Below are positions 1 through 12,007 of a stretch of DNA of 64,000 nt, piece by piece. The DNA lies in contig NW_024704742.1 in the NCBI RefSeq assembly GCF_018977255.1, forward strand, positions 122,514,001 through 122,578,000. Direction: 5' to 3'. The translations under genes and the position numbers were made by a program. How positions within the stretch are numbered: position 1 is the stretch's first letter; every line of letters begins with the position of its first letter. Source of the stretch: Callorhinchus milii (Eukaryota). Under the pieces are notes generated by a model. The model saw only the letters and a program-made list of their open reading frames with translations. It made no database searches and was not told the origin of the DNA.

Positions 1-1804
1 CCTCAAACACACTTCCTAAGGATGCCTTACGTGTCTCAAAGATTTGGGCCCAGAGAGATAAGAGGAGTTTGGAGCAGGTCTACACAGTCCTTGGTCTGCT
101 GCTCATTTATGAACACTTATTTCAAAGTGGCTGAAGCCTTGCTGAATATTGTAAAGGTAGAGATCACCGGAGAAGTTTGGATTAAGAAGACTTAAGGCCA
201 TTTGATCTCAACCTTCCATAATGCCAACTCTGCCATCTTAATAATCCTTGCATTTGATGTAGCACTTCGTCCAGATGTCACAAAGTATTTCACTGTTCAC
301 AGAATATACTGTGAAGTCCTGTCACTGTGTATTAAGTTGTTACTTTCTCTTACAGTATCCGGCAGTTTATTAAATTAGTCCATACATTCAAATAGTTTGT
401 TCAGACATGACTCATTCAGATTCAACTGATTGTTTTGATTGCCTGAAATTAAGCCACTTGAAATCTATTGGAGAAATTCTGGGAGCCAAAGTGCTAAAAA
501 CGTAAAGGGAAATTATATTATTTTTTGGAGCCAGTTCACTGGTGTAGAAATTCCGTGGGCAGTGCTCACTGCTGATAGCATCATCCAGCAAGTGGGAAGA
601 GTTGCAATCAATCACATTGTGGCATGAAAAGGGGCCTCTGACAAGATACAGTGCAGCCCCAGTTACAATAATAACCCTTGCATTTGATATAGCACTTTTT
701 CACATTGTCAAAACATTTCAAAGTGCTTTACACAATTTTACTGTGAAGCCTAGTGCCAGTATAGTTTATTAACAAAACGAATAGCGTGTGGACCCAATTC
801 ACTGCACATGTGCACAGTCACCCCAAGCGTCACCCAGTTTTCAATAAAAATGCTAAAAATGTCTGTATCTAGATCATTAGGTTTCCGCCAATGTAATTTC
901 CTGGGCTCAGGCCATTTGTTTTAGCCCGGAAAGTGAGCTAGCCCACTGGGTCCATATGCTATTGAGGTCTCCTTATAGGGCAGGTTGGAATTTTATGGAT
1001 TTCAACCACCACATTATAATGCGGCATCCACTGTAGTTAGGGAGCGTACCAAGATGGAGTGGGGCTGACCGAGGCCGGGAAGCGATCAATCTGCAGTATT
1101 TGAGCACACAGAGATGACACTCCTGCTGTGCAGGGGATGAAACCAGGTGGTGAGGATGATGGGAATGCTGGTCAATTGGAAATCCAACTCAAAGAAGCCA
1201 CGCTCTTCAACTGAGACAATCCAGGCTCATCTGAGAAAGGGAAGCCTGTGGTTGGCCCTGGGGAGAAGCCTCGAAGGATTTAAGAAGCGCTCCCACACCT
1301 GGGAACTGGAGAGGAGCATATGTCCTTTGCTGTGGGTGCCCTCGAATAATAATAATCCTTGCATTTGATATAACGCCTTATCACGTCTTCGAGGCGTCTC
1401 AAAGAACTTCACAGGATATACTGTAAAGTGAATTTACTGTATATTTTGTGGGCAAAATGCAGCAGCCAATTGTGCACTACTTAATTTACCTGATCTGCTG
1501 GTGTTGGACTCAATAAAGTTGACTTGTTTGTTCACCATTTATGGCTAGCATCAATTGCTTTATTTGTGACACCCCTTTGTCTGCTCCATTATCTATATTG
1601 CTGTGTGCTATTGAGCTGCTGTGTTCAATAATTAAAGGAAGTAGAGAGACTGCCTCAAATTACTTAGTCACTGTACTTTACAGTAATTCCGGTGAAGCAC
1701 TTTTAGATGTCCTCCCAACATGAAGTGTGCAGTATCAAATGCAAGGATTATTATTATGGTGATGATAACTTTTTATTACTCGTGCTTCTGAGTTTCTATA
1801 ATAT

Positions 1805-2446
1805 AATAATAATCCTTGCATTTGATATAGCGCTTTTCACGTCTTCTAGACGTCCCAAAGCGCTTCACAGAATATACTGTGAAGTGAATTGACTGTATAT
1901 TTGTGGGTGAACCCGGCAGCCAATTGCGCACAGCAATGTCCCACAAACAGTCGTGGATTGAAAATGACCAATTTATTATTGTTTTGTTTTTTTGGAGGGA
2001 TTATGATTAGGGATGTGGAGTAAGGGAACTTGCCCAAGGTTTCGCCCTGAGGGCATGTGTCAAAGAATCCTTGCATTTGATGTAGTACTTCATCACATCT
2101 TTGAGACATCTCAAAGCACTTCACAGGATAGACTGTAAAGGGAATGGACTATATATTTTGTAGTAGAAACATGGCAGCCAATTGCAAACAGCAGTGTCCC
2201 ACAAACAATTGTGGATTGAGTGACCAAATTATTATTATTTTTTAAGCATTTTTCTTTTTTTGAAGGGATTATTACCCCCAGAAAAGTGATCTACCAATCG
2301 ACTAACAACTGGGTTCCTACTTACTGCTCGGTAAACAGAGGTATGTGCAGTAATAAAACTTGCCCAACATTTCGCCCTGCCCAGGAATCAAACCCAGGTC
2401 CTCTCGCTTGCGAGGCGAGTGATCTAACCACTAAGCTACAGGAGTC
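1805..2446 (-). mobile_element. Two adjacent tRNA-SINE copies (1805-2050 truncated short form; 2066-2446 long form)
   Basis: Reverse complement of the SINE consensus seen at 21964 and 39494. Confidence 0.85.
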
Positions 2447-2619
2447 CACATCTGACATCTTCATCTCAAAGAGACATAAATTTATAGATAAGATATATAA
2501 AAAAAGTTCCACTCTTTACGGAACATGATTTCCATCGTATTTCTTGCCAAACCAAAAATGGCCATTCCAAGATGAGTCTCAAGAATATTAACACCAAAAG
2601 CAACATCTGTAAAAGAACG

Positions 2620-3180
2620 AAACAACAACTTGCACTTATATAGTGCCCTTTACGAGGGTAGAGTCTCAGAGCACTTAACAGTGGCGGAGCCTGATTCCAA
2701 GCCGGGGGAAGGTGGGGGCAGAAGATGATCCTAAGCACCGTCGAAAAGGAAGGTTTTCAGGGGGGATTTGAAAAAGTGGAGAGAGAGAAGTTGGAGGGAT
2801 CGAGAGAGAGTGTTCCAGAGTTTCGAGGTGCAGTGGTTGAATGCGCAACCTCCCATGGTGGAGCAGAGGGCGCAAGGGACAAGCAGGAGACGGTGCCAGT
2901 CGAACGAAGGTGCTGGGTGGTGGATTGGGGAGTGAGGAGGTCGGAGAGGTAGGGAGTGAAGGGATTTCAACACGAGTGTGAGGATCTTGAAGTTGTTCCA
3001 TTCGGTGATGGGGAGCCAGTGGAACCTGGCCAGAACTGGTGAGATGTGGGTACGGAGTTTGGTTTGGGTCAGTATGCGGGCAGCAGAGTTCTGAATGAGC
3101 TGGACTTTTTGAATAGTGGAGCTGGGGAAACCGGCGAGGAGTGCGTTTGAGCAATCCAAATGGGAGGTGACAAACTCATT
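2620..3180 (-). mobile_element. L2 LINE 3' fragment, older subfamily
   Basis: SHLDCSNALLAG...QNSAARIL...HWLPI ORF2 C-terminus and (TTG)n-type tail. Confidence 0.85.
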
Positions 3181-5398
3181 CCTCACTGGTGGAGTACAAA
3201 AGTGGTAGAATTCAGAGTCAAGTTACCCTGGGCCATGAATAAGCAGTGAGCAAGGTATAATTGAGGCTTTGACAAATGCTACAGCATATTTTTTAAATAA
3301 AATTTCTTAATTTAGCAAACAAAAAGGAACCTGCTGCTTAATTTAAAATTCAGTCATTAACTGCTCTGCTATCCTGATAGAATTTTCGAAGCAAGGAAAG
3401 TAAATACTAAAGACCTTAAATTCCACCTAATCATAGCTGATAAAAAACATTTGGTCTTAAAACTTAAGATCATTGGAAAATTCTAAATTCTATATTGATT
3501 TGGAAGCCATTTCTGTTGAAGAGCATAAAATCGGCCTCCAAATTATGAAGGAATTGAATTTTCCTCAATTCTGTGAGATCTTTAAATTTAAGACAAAATG
3601 GGACTCAAGTTGAAACAAATGCTTCAATGACAAAACACTGCAGCATAAATAATGCCTTGCGCAGGAAAATGCCTTGGGACAAAAAGTGTCTCATCTGCAG
3701 AGAGCCATGTACTTCAATACAATTTGTTATAACTCGCATTCAGCTAAGAGCAGTGTTTTGTTTATACACGCAATTTTAAATGCGTAGAATGTGGAGGCTC
3801 ATTTGTGATCGTTACAAAATAGCTATCTATCAAGTGGTTAAATCACATAAGACTTTAAAGTGCAAAGGCTGTAGCCAAAGGTCATCTACTCACTGCCGCC
3901 TATTTCAATAAAGTAATAACAATCGAATTTTTTAACATACATTCATGCCCGAGTATGTAGCTGTGGAGTATGGAATCCTAGGTGAAAATGGCTGAAAAAC
4001 AAATGTTTTCGCTTGAGACCCAGCATCGTGACATGTTTGGGTGTAGGAATAGAACTCCAAGAATCAAAGGAGATGCCAAGCTTTGGGGCATAAATACCAG
4101 GCCTCTGTAACGCTTGGATGATCCAACAATAGGTGCGGAAGAAACTACACGACTCAGAGCAAAGATTAAGCATTGTACAGCTGGGTGACAGGACAAACAT
4201 GCGGATTAACGAAAATGCTAAAAATCTGAATTGATAGAAAATTGCTAATTCAATCTTTTAAAACCTGCAAAAAAAATCAGCGTTCGACATAAATTTAAGA
4301 AATTATCAAATGTCTACACAATCTTAGTGTGAGACAAGACAACGGTACTAAAGCTGAGACATTGAAACATTTTGGCCTTAGGCTGGGAACCCTTCCGACA
4401 AGAACAGGAGCTACTAACTAACGCATGATTAAACATCACCAAGCACGCTGGCTCTCTCACCATGTCAGTTCTGAGTAAAATAAATGCCAATTATGGAGGT
4501 GGAGGGGGGTGCTGACTTCCAGCCACTTAAGTCATTCTGGTGATGTCTTTCACTACTGCTGAAGTTGCATTCTCATAATTTTTTGAAACAATCAAATTTT
4601 ACAGGTCTTTTCAAATAGCTGTAAGTTTTCTATTAAGTATGCTTCAAACACTGATCTCACCTGGGTACACTCATCTCCCACAGATAATGATTTGAGAGTT
4701 AAAAGCCTTGAATAATTATAGAAATTTCAGCACAGAAGGAGCCCATTATACCTCTGCCATATTAACTTCCCCACTGGAACCATCTACTCTAATGCCATTT
4801 GACTGTACTTTCTCCATATCCTTTTATATCCTTATCCTACAAGTGTTTATCTAATTCCCTTTTTAGTGGAGTAATTGACTCAACTGCAATAGTGGTTTGT
4901 GGCAATGCATTCCACATCCTATTAACCCCATGTGTCCAACCCTTCTTTCCCTTATGCTTCTGGTAATATTCTTCTTTTCATGTCCTCTTTTTGCAAATTC
5001 ACCTGCTAAATAATCCTTTGCTATTCCTCTATCCAAACACTCAATTTGATGTTCTTTTCCATCACATACATTAGTCTTTTTTTAAAACCAAGCATCAATC
5101 AAAAGCACACCTACAGTATGTCCCAGCAACTAGCAAGTTACATCAGCCAGCAACATTTTTTAATTTTATGCTATTTTGTAATTTGTCATTTTATCCTCCT
5201 AAGTTGGGTGTGGAGGGAGAGGGGGTAAGGTGAAGTGATTTAGAATTGAATCAATCCAATATGATCTGTCAGTTCTCATTACATCAAACATAAATATTAT
5301 TATTAGTAAACGTAGGAATGGGAATAGGCAATTTGACCCATTGACCTACTTTATCATCTGATTAGATCACTGTAGCTTTATGCAAAATAATAACTACT

Positions 5399-6570
5399 GG
5401 TCCTGTAGCTCAGTGGTTAGAGCACTCGCCTCGCAACAACAAAATTACATTGGTATAGCGCCTTTCATGTTGGGAGGACATCCCAAGGCACTGGACAGTC
5501 AGTGTTTTGAACCTGAGCTGGGGGTCTGCATTGGGGAGCGTGGAGGGCAGGGTGGGGAATCAGTGATCCAAAGCACGGTCAAAGAGGAAGGTCTTGAGAT
5601 GGGTCTTGGAGGAGCAAAGGAGGGGCCGAGGTGGAGGGACTACAGGATGGCGTTCCTGAAGGTAGGGGCAGAGTGGCAGAAGGCCTGCCCGCCAGTGGTG
5701 GGGCGGACGAGGCAGAGGCATGAAGCAGGCCGGAGCTCACTGATCGGAGGGAGCGGGCAGGATGGTAGGGAGTTAGGGAGATCGCAGAGGTAGGGGGGAG
5801 CAAGACCATGGAGGGCTTTGAAGGTGAGGACCAGGATCTTGAACTGTATCCTACGAGTGATGAGAAGCCAACGGAAACCGGCGAAAATGGGGGTCATAGG
5901 GTCACGGAGCCTGGTGCGGGAGAGGACACGGGCTGCAGAGTTCTGTATGATCTACAGCCTATAGAGGGAGGAGTTGGGAAGGCCGACAAGCAATGAGTTT
6001 GCATAATCAAGACTTGATGTTATGAATGCACGTATGAGGCTTTCAGCGGCCTCTGGTGTGAGACAGTGGTGGAGCCGGGCGGTGTTGCAGAGGTGGGGGA
6101 AAGCAGAGTGGGTCATGGCACGGATGTGGAGTAGAAAGGATAGTTGAGGGTCAAACACGACAGCAAGATTCTGGACTTAGTAAGGTGGAGTGTGCATCCA
6201 TGGAAGGTGATGCAGTCAGCGCCTGAAGTGTGGAGGCCCTGACAGGAGCAAGCGAGAGACATGGGTTCGATTCTAAGGCATGGCGAGACTTTGGGTAAGT
6301 TTCCTTACTCCACACGCCTCTGTTTACCTAGCAGTAACTAGGAACCTGGTTGTCAGTCGATTGGCGGATTATTTTTCCGGAGGTAATAATTCCTTCCACA
6401 AATTGGTCACTCAATCCATGACTATTTATGGAACACTGATGTGTGCAATTGGCTGCATTTTGCTCACAAAATATACAATCAATTCATGTTATAGTATGTT
6501 CTGTGAAGTGCTTTGAGATGTCTCGAAGGTGTGATAAGGCTCTATATCAAAGAAAGGATTATTATTATTT
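5399..6570 (+). mobile_element. tRNA-SINE long form split by the L2 (5399-5436 and 6248-6570)
   Basis: Head ...gcactcgcctcgcaa resumes as gcaagcgagagacatgggttcgattc after the L2. Confidence 0.85.
5437..6247 (-). mobile_element. L2 LINE 3' fragment inserted inside a SINE head
   Basis: L2 ORF2 C-terminal motifs; flanked by SINE halves with gcaa at both junctions. Confidence 0.88.
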
Positions 6571-6883
6571 GATATAGTGCCCTTCATGTCAGGAGGATAA
6601 TAATAATGCCTTGTAGTTGCATTATCACGTCATTGAGGCGTCTCAAAGCGCTTCACAGGGTATACTACAATGTGCTGTGACTGTGTCTATTTTTGTGAGC
6701 AAAGTCTCAAACCTTTTCGCAGGATTTGCTTGTAAAGGGTAGTATTTTGTAGACAAACGGGGCAACCAATCTGTGCACTGCAATGTCCCCAAAAAGCAAA
6801 ACACAAATTTATTTTTAATCCCATTCCTTTGCTCTTTCTCCATATCCCTTAATACCCTATTACCCTTTTTTTAAAAAAAACTG

Positions 6884-7243
6884 AAGTCCTGTAGCTCAGT
6901 AGTTAGAACACCAGTCTCACAAGCGAAAGATCTGGGTTTGATTCCCAGCCGGGTGAAACGTTGGGCAAGTTTCCCTACTCCACACACCTGTTTACCTAGA
7001 AGTCAGAACCTGGTTGTTAGTCGATTGGCGGATCTCTTTTCCGGGGGTAATAATTCCTTCAAAAAAATGACAACAATAATAAATTGGTCACTCAATCCAC
7101 TCCTGTTTGTGGGACACTGCTGTGCGCCGCATTTCACCCACAAAATATATAGTCAACTCACTTTACAGTATATTCGGTGAAGCACCTTGAGATGTCTCGA
7201 AGACGTGATAAGGCGCTATATCAATTGCAAGAATTATTATTAT
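6884..7243 (+). mobile_element. tRNA-SINE long form
   Basis: Full head, central segment and tail. Confidence 0.88.
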
Positions 7244-7284
7244 GATTTTATTATTAAATATAGTAGTCTAGGATGACACACCAA

Positions 7285-7610
7285 TATAATGCTGGAAGTG
7301 TGTTGCATTGTTGAAAGTGCCATCCTTCAGATGAGACATTAAACTGAAGTCCTGTCTGCCGGTTCAAGTAGACATTAAAGATCCAATGGCACTATTCGAA
7401 AAGAGAAGGAAATTTCTCCCAGTGTCCTGAACAACTCCCCCAGATAAAATTACGCATTCATCTCACAGTTTCTGGTGGGATATTGTTGTGTGCAAATTGG
7501 CTGCTACATTTGCCTACAAATAAGCACTTTACAGTAATACCCTGTGAAGCTCTATGAGGCATTTTGCCACTGTGATAAGGCACTACACCAAATGCAAGGA
7601 TTATTATTGA
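7285..7610 (+). mobile_element. Old Deu-domain SINE (SacSINE1/AmnSINE1-like)
   Basis: gatgagacattaaactgaagtcctgtctgcc...gacattaaagatccaatggcactattcgaa followed by tgtgcaaattggctgc and the L2-type tail. Confidence 0.7.
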
Positions 7611-7789
7611 TTGACATGCTTCTTTTTCACTTGCAGATTTAATAGTTTTACATGGAACATATTAAAGTGCTGCATCTGAAACTGCAGCTCCAACAACCAG
7701 TTTGTCTTTTATCTGGATTTCTGTGAAAACTGAAGTTGCTTTTTTTGGAGTCTTGCAAAATGGAAGCTGGAGATCATGGAGCCAAAACA

Positions 7790-9720
7790 TTGGCTGAATT
7801 TGCACTGACATTAAACAACTTCATCTTCAACTCCAACCACTTCCTCCCAGTAAAAGGCATTGTTATGGGAGCCTGCATGGGTCCCAGCTATGCCTGCCTG
7901 TTTGTTGGCCACCTGGAACACTCTTTGTTGTGGGCCTACTCATTTCCGTGTCCTGAGCTGTTCCCCAGATACATTAATGACTGTTGGGGCTCCTTCCTGC
8001 TCTCACAGTGAGCTGGAAAATCCATCAATTTCACTTCCACCTTCCATCCCTCCATAAAATTCACATGGTCCATCACCAACTCTACCCTTCCTCGACCTCA
8101 CCATTTCAGGGCATAGATTATCTACAGATATCTTTTACAAGCTGACCAATTCCCACAGTTACCTGCAATATACCTCCTCCCACCCCACCTCTTTTAAAAT
8201 TCTGTTCCCATTTCCCAGTTCCTCTGCCTCCACCGCATCTGCTCTGATGATGCCACCTTTCACACCAGAGTAACTGAAATGTCTTCCTTTTTCCTCGACC
8301 AAGGAATCCCATCCACTGTAGTAGGCAGGGCCCTTCACTGTGTGGGCCCTATATCCCGTACCTCTGCCCTCACGGATTCCCCTCTTCCCAGACCATGATA
8401 GGGTCCCCCTAGTCCTCAAGTTGGAATCCTGTAGCTCAGTAGTTAGAGCACTCACTTTGCAAGTGAGAGACCTGAGTTTAATTCCAGGCAGGGCGAAACC
8501 TTGGGCAAGTTTCCTTACTCCAGACGCCTAATAATCCCTCCAAAACCAAAAACAATAATAAATTGGTCATTTTCAATCTACGACTGTTTGTGGGACATTG
8601 CTGTGCGCAATTGGCTGCCGCGTTCGCCCACAAATATACAGTCAATTCACTTTACAGTGTGTTCTGTGAAATGCTTTGGGATGTCCTCCCGGCGTGAAAA
8701 ACTCTATATCAAATGCAAGGATTATTATTATTATTATTATTATTATAAGTTCCACCCGACTAGTCTCAACATCCAACAAATAGTTCTCTGCCATTTCCAG
8801 CACCTTCAGGGTGATCCAACTGCCAAATATACCTTTCCCTCCCCTTCCAGCATTCCGAAGGGACCGTTCCCTCCTCGACTCCCTGGTTCATTCCTCCATC
8901 ACCACCAACAGTTGCTCTCTTCCCACCGGCACCTTCTCATGCCAGCGCAGGAGATGCAATACCTGTCCTTTCACCTCCTCCCATACCATTGTCCAGGGCT
9001 CCAAACGTAGATTTCAAGTGAGACAGCGATTTACGTGCATTATCACCAATGTAATTTACTGCATTCGCTGCTCACGATGTGGTCTCCTCTACATTGGGGA
9101 GACGAAACGCAGATTGGGCGACCGATTTACCAAACACCTCGGTTCTGTGCGCAAGCCCAACTCTGAGCTACCAGTTTCTTGCCACTTCAACTCTCCCTCC
9201 CACTCGCACTCTGACCTCTCCATCCATGGTCTCCTACGCTGTTCCAATGAGCCACAGCGCAAGCTCGAGAAACAGCACCTCATCTATCTGCCAGGGACCT
9301 CATAGCCCTCTGACCTCAATATTGATTTCAATAATTTCAGACCATAACAGCTCACCTTCCCCCTCCCCCATTTCTGTGACCATTACATCATCTAGGTCCC
9401 AGACACACCTTTTCTCTCTCTGGTCTGCCTATTTTGTTGCAATTCCCCCCCCTCGCCCGCCACTTTATTTTGTATTCTTAACTTCCCTATTCCCTTGTTT
9501 TGTTGCAATCTCCCATTTTGTTTTGCATCACTAACACCTCTTTAACCCATCATCCCCTGTCCTCTATCCCATTTTCTCCTTTGTCCTGCCTCCCCCTTAC
9601 CCCCTCTCTGTTAGTCCTTAAAAGCCTCTCCCTCTCAACATGCCCCAGTTCCAACAAAGGTCGTGGAACCGAAACGTTGACTCACTTTCGTTTCTCCATA
9701 GATTATGCAGCCAAACCTGA
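7790..9720 (+). mobile_element. Degraded Penelope-like retroelement (RT + GIY-YIG endonuclease), interrupted by a SINE
   Basis: RT motifs LTLNNFIFN, GIVMGACMGPSYACLF and RYIND. Cys-rich linker and GIY-YIG domain (CQRRRCNTC...NVIYCIRCSRCGLLYIGETKRRLGDRF). Frameshifted. Confidence 0.9.
8423..8746 (+). mobile_element. tRNA-derived SINE, short form
   Basis: Box A/B tRNA-like head, L2-like 3' end, (TAT)n tail; TSD aagtt at 8418-8422 and 8747-8751. Confidence 0.92.
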
Positions 9721-10772
9721 TTCAAAAGGCAAATGCTTCCGAATTGTATTTTTAGTCTTCCCCCTTGAAAGGATACAGGATTCAGCTGCATTGCCTTTCA
9801 TTACCGTTATCCTTGAGATTTATGCAGCAACACGGATATACAGCCTAAGTCAACAATCTGTAGATTTATTACTATTTACTAGGGTTTCTAATATGCCACA
9901 CTATGCCTTTTCCAAGTGCTCCGGGACGCTACCCAGTGTGAAGGGCGCTATATAAATGCAAGTTGCTGTTTTTATTTTTACCTGCATTTGTCAAAAGGTA
10001 ATGAAAGATACTAATTTAATTAAGCACAGCATGAAAACTGAGCTAAGACAAGCTATAGAGTATAAAGAGGACAGAGAATCATGAGGTCTTCTCAGTGCGG
10101 CTGAAACTGGCTATAATTAATACACAAGACCTCTGAGGACCTTGCAAGCTCTGCTGTAGAATGTTCCACTCCCAGGGAAGCTGGCTATTTCTGCAGATTA
10201 CCTTATTAGCATATCCTAAATACTGCACAGGAACAAATTAGGCAGAATAAAAAGATCAGTAATAAATGACACTGAAAAATAAATATCCCATTTTCATATG
10301 TTCAATCAGTTCACATTCTTTGTAATATGTCCAGTAACAAAATGCCTCTCTAACTTAATGAGAATAGTAATGTATCTTGAAGAGTTCTGAATGCATTCTA
10401 TCAGTAATCCTAAAAATATTTCAGCTGTAGTTCTGCTCATTCATTTAATTAGTATACAACGTAATTTCAGTTACCTTGCTCAGTACTGTTTATCAAACTG
10501 TTCTTGCCTAGCCATAACATGATAAATGTTAGAGTATCCATGCAAGATTGGTCAATTCACTTCACACCAAAATATATAGACAAAATATACAACAGGATAT
10601 GACCTTCACTCTTATTTCACTGATTTAGATAACACCGACCATTTGAACATCAACCATTCAAAGTTTAATACAGATAAATGCAAGGCACTATGTATAGGCA
10701 GTAAGAATATTTTTTCATTACCATTTAAAAGATGTACGAGGCCAAGCTTGTCTATTTGTCGCACTCGTCATA

Positions 10773-11240
10773 ATACAACAACTTGCATTTATATAGCGCC
10801 TTTCACACAGGGTAGTGTCACGGAGGGCTTCACAGTGGAGGAGTCTGATGCCAAGCCAGGGGGAGAGAAGGGGGGACGTGACCGTAAACACGATCAAAAA
10901 GGAAGGTCTTTAGGTGGGATTTGAAAGTGGGAAGGAAGGCAGCTCGACAGAGGGATTGAAGGAGAGTGTTTCAGAGTTTTGGGGCTAAGTGGCTGAAATC
11001 ACAGCCACTAATGGTGGAGCAGAGGGGACGAGGGTCAAACAGGAGGCCAGAGCCATCCGAGCAGAGGCAGGAGGTGGTGGAGTGGGGGGTAAACAGATCA
11101 GATAGGTAGGGAGGTGCGAGGGCATGAAGGGATTTGAAATCGAGCGAGAGGATTTTGAAATTGATCCATTCAGTAATTGGGAGCTAGTGGAGCCTGTCAG
11201 AGTGTTGTGCAGGTGAATATCCGGATGGCGGAGTTTTGGA
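10773..11240 (-). mobile_element. L2 LINE 3' fragment, older
   Basis: Similar to 2620-3180; caacaacttgcatttatatagcgcc tail. Confidence 0.8.
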
Positions 11241-11565
11241 TTAATTGAATAATAAATTAATTCCTGTATCACTGTGGATCAGTGCTCTCCTCTGCCTGTA
11301 GAGCCTGGCAGTCCCCTTATGTACAGAACTGTACACAAAAGAGTAATCTGCATAAGTTTGTGGAAAAAGTAGGGAAATGTGTCAGAATGGATTGCTCTTT
11401 CAAAAAGCCAGCACAATTTCCAAATCGCCTTCTATGCTGTAAATTGCTATCATTCTCCAAAGTACAAAGACACTCTTTACTCCGGAAAATAAATTGCAAA
11501 GTTCATTTGGAATTCAAAGTGTAACGATAACTTTAACAATATTGAAAGATACTTCCTGCTTCATA

Positions 11566-12007
11566 CAGAGTTTCAAGATCCTCATCCTCACCTACAAGGC
11601 CATTCACGGCCTTGCTCCCTCCTACCTCTCCAACCTACTATCCCCCTACCTACCTGCCCGCACCCTCCATTCCTGCGGCTCCGGTCTGCTCCACGTCCCC
11701 CGCCCCAATCGCCCTACCATCAGTGGTCGGGCCTTCAGCCTCTCAGCCCCGAGGCTCTGGAACTCTATCCCCCAGTGCCTTCGCCTTGCTCCTCCCTCTC
11801 CTCCTTCAAGGCCGGTCTCAAAACCTTTCTCTTTGACCGAGCCTTCAGCTCCCCTCTCGACTCTCTTCCCCCCTCCTCGCTCCCTCCCTTCCCTCCCCTC
11901 ACCCTGACCATTTCCCCCTGCTCGGGTCATGACCCAACTGTGCAGCGCCTTGAGACGTCCTCCTGACGTGAAAGGCGCTTTATAAATGGAATCTTGTTGT
12001 TGTTGTT
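11566..12007 (+). mobile_element. Young L2 LINE 3' fragment
   Basis: [20 protein letters not shown]; near-identical to 16440-16877 and 59555-60030; (TTG)n tail. Confidence 0.93.
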
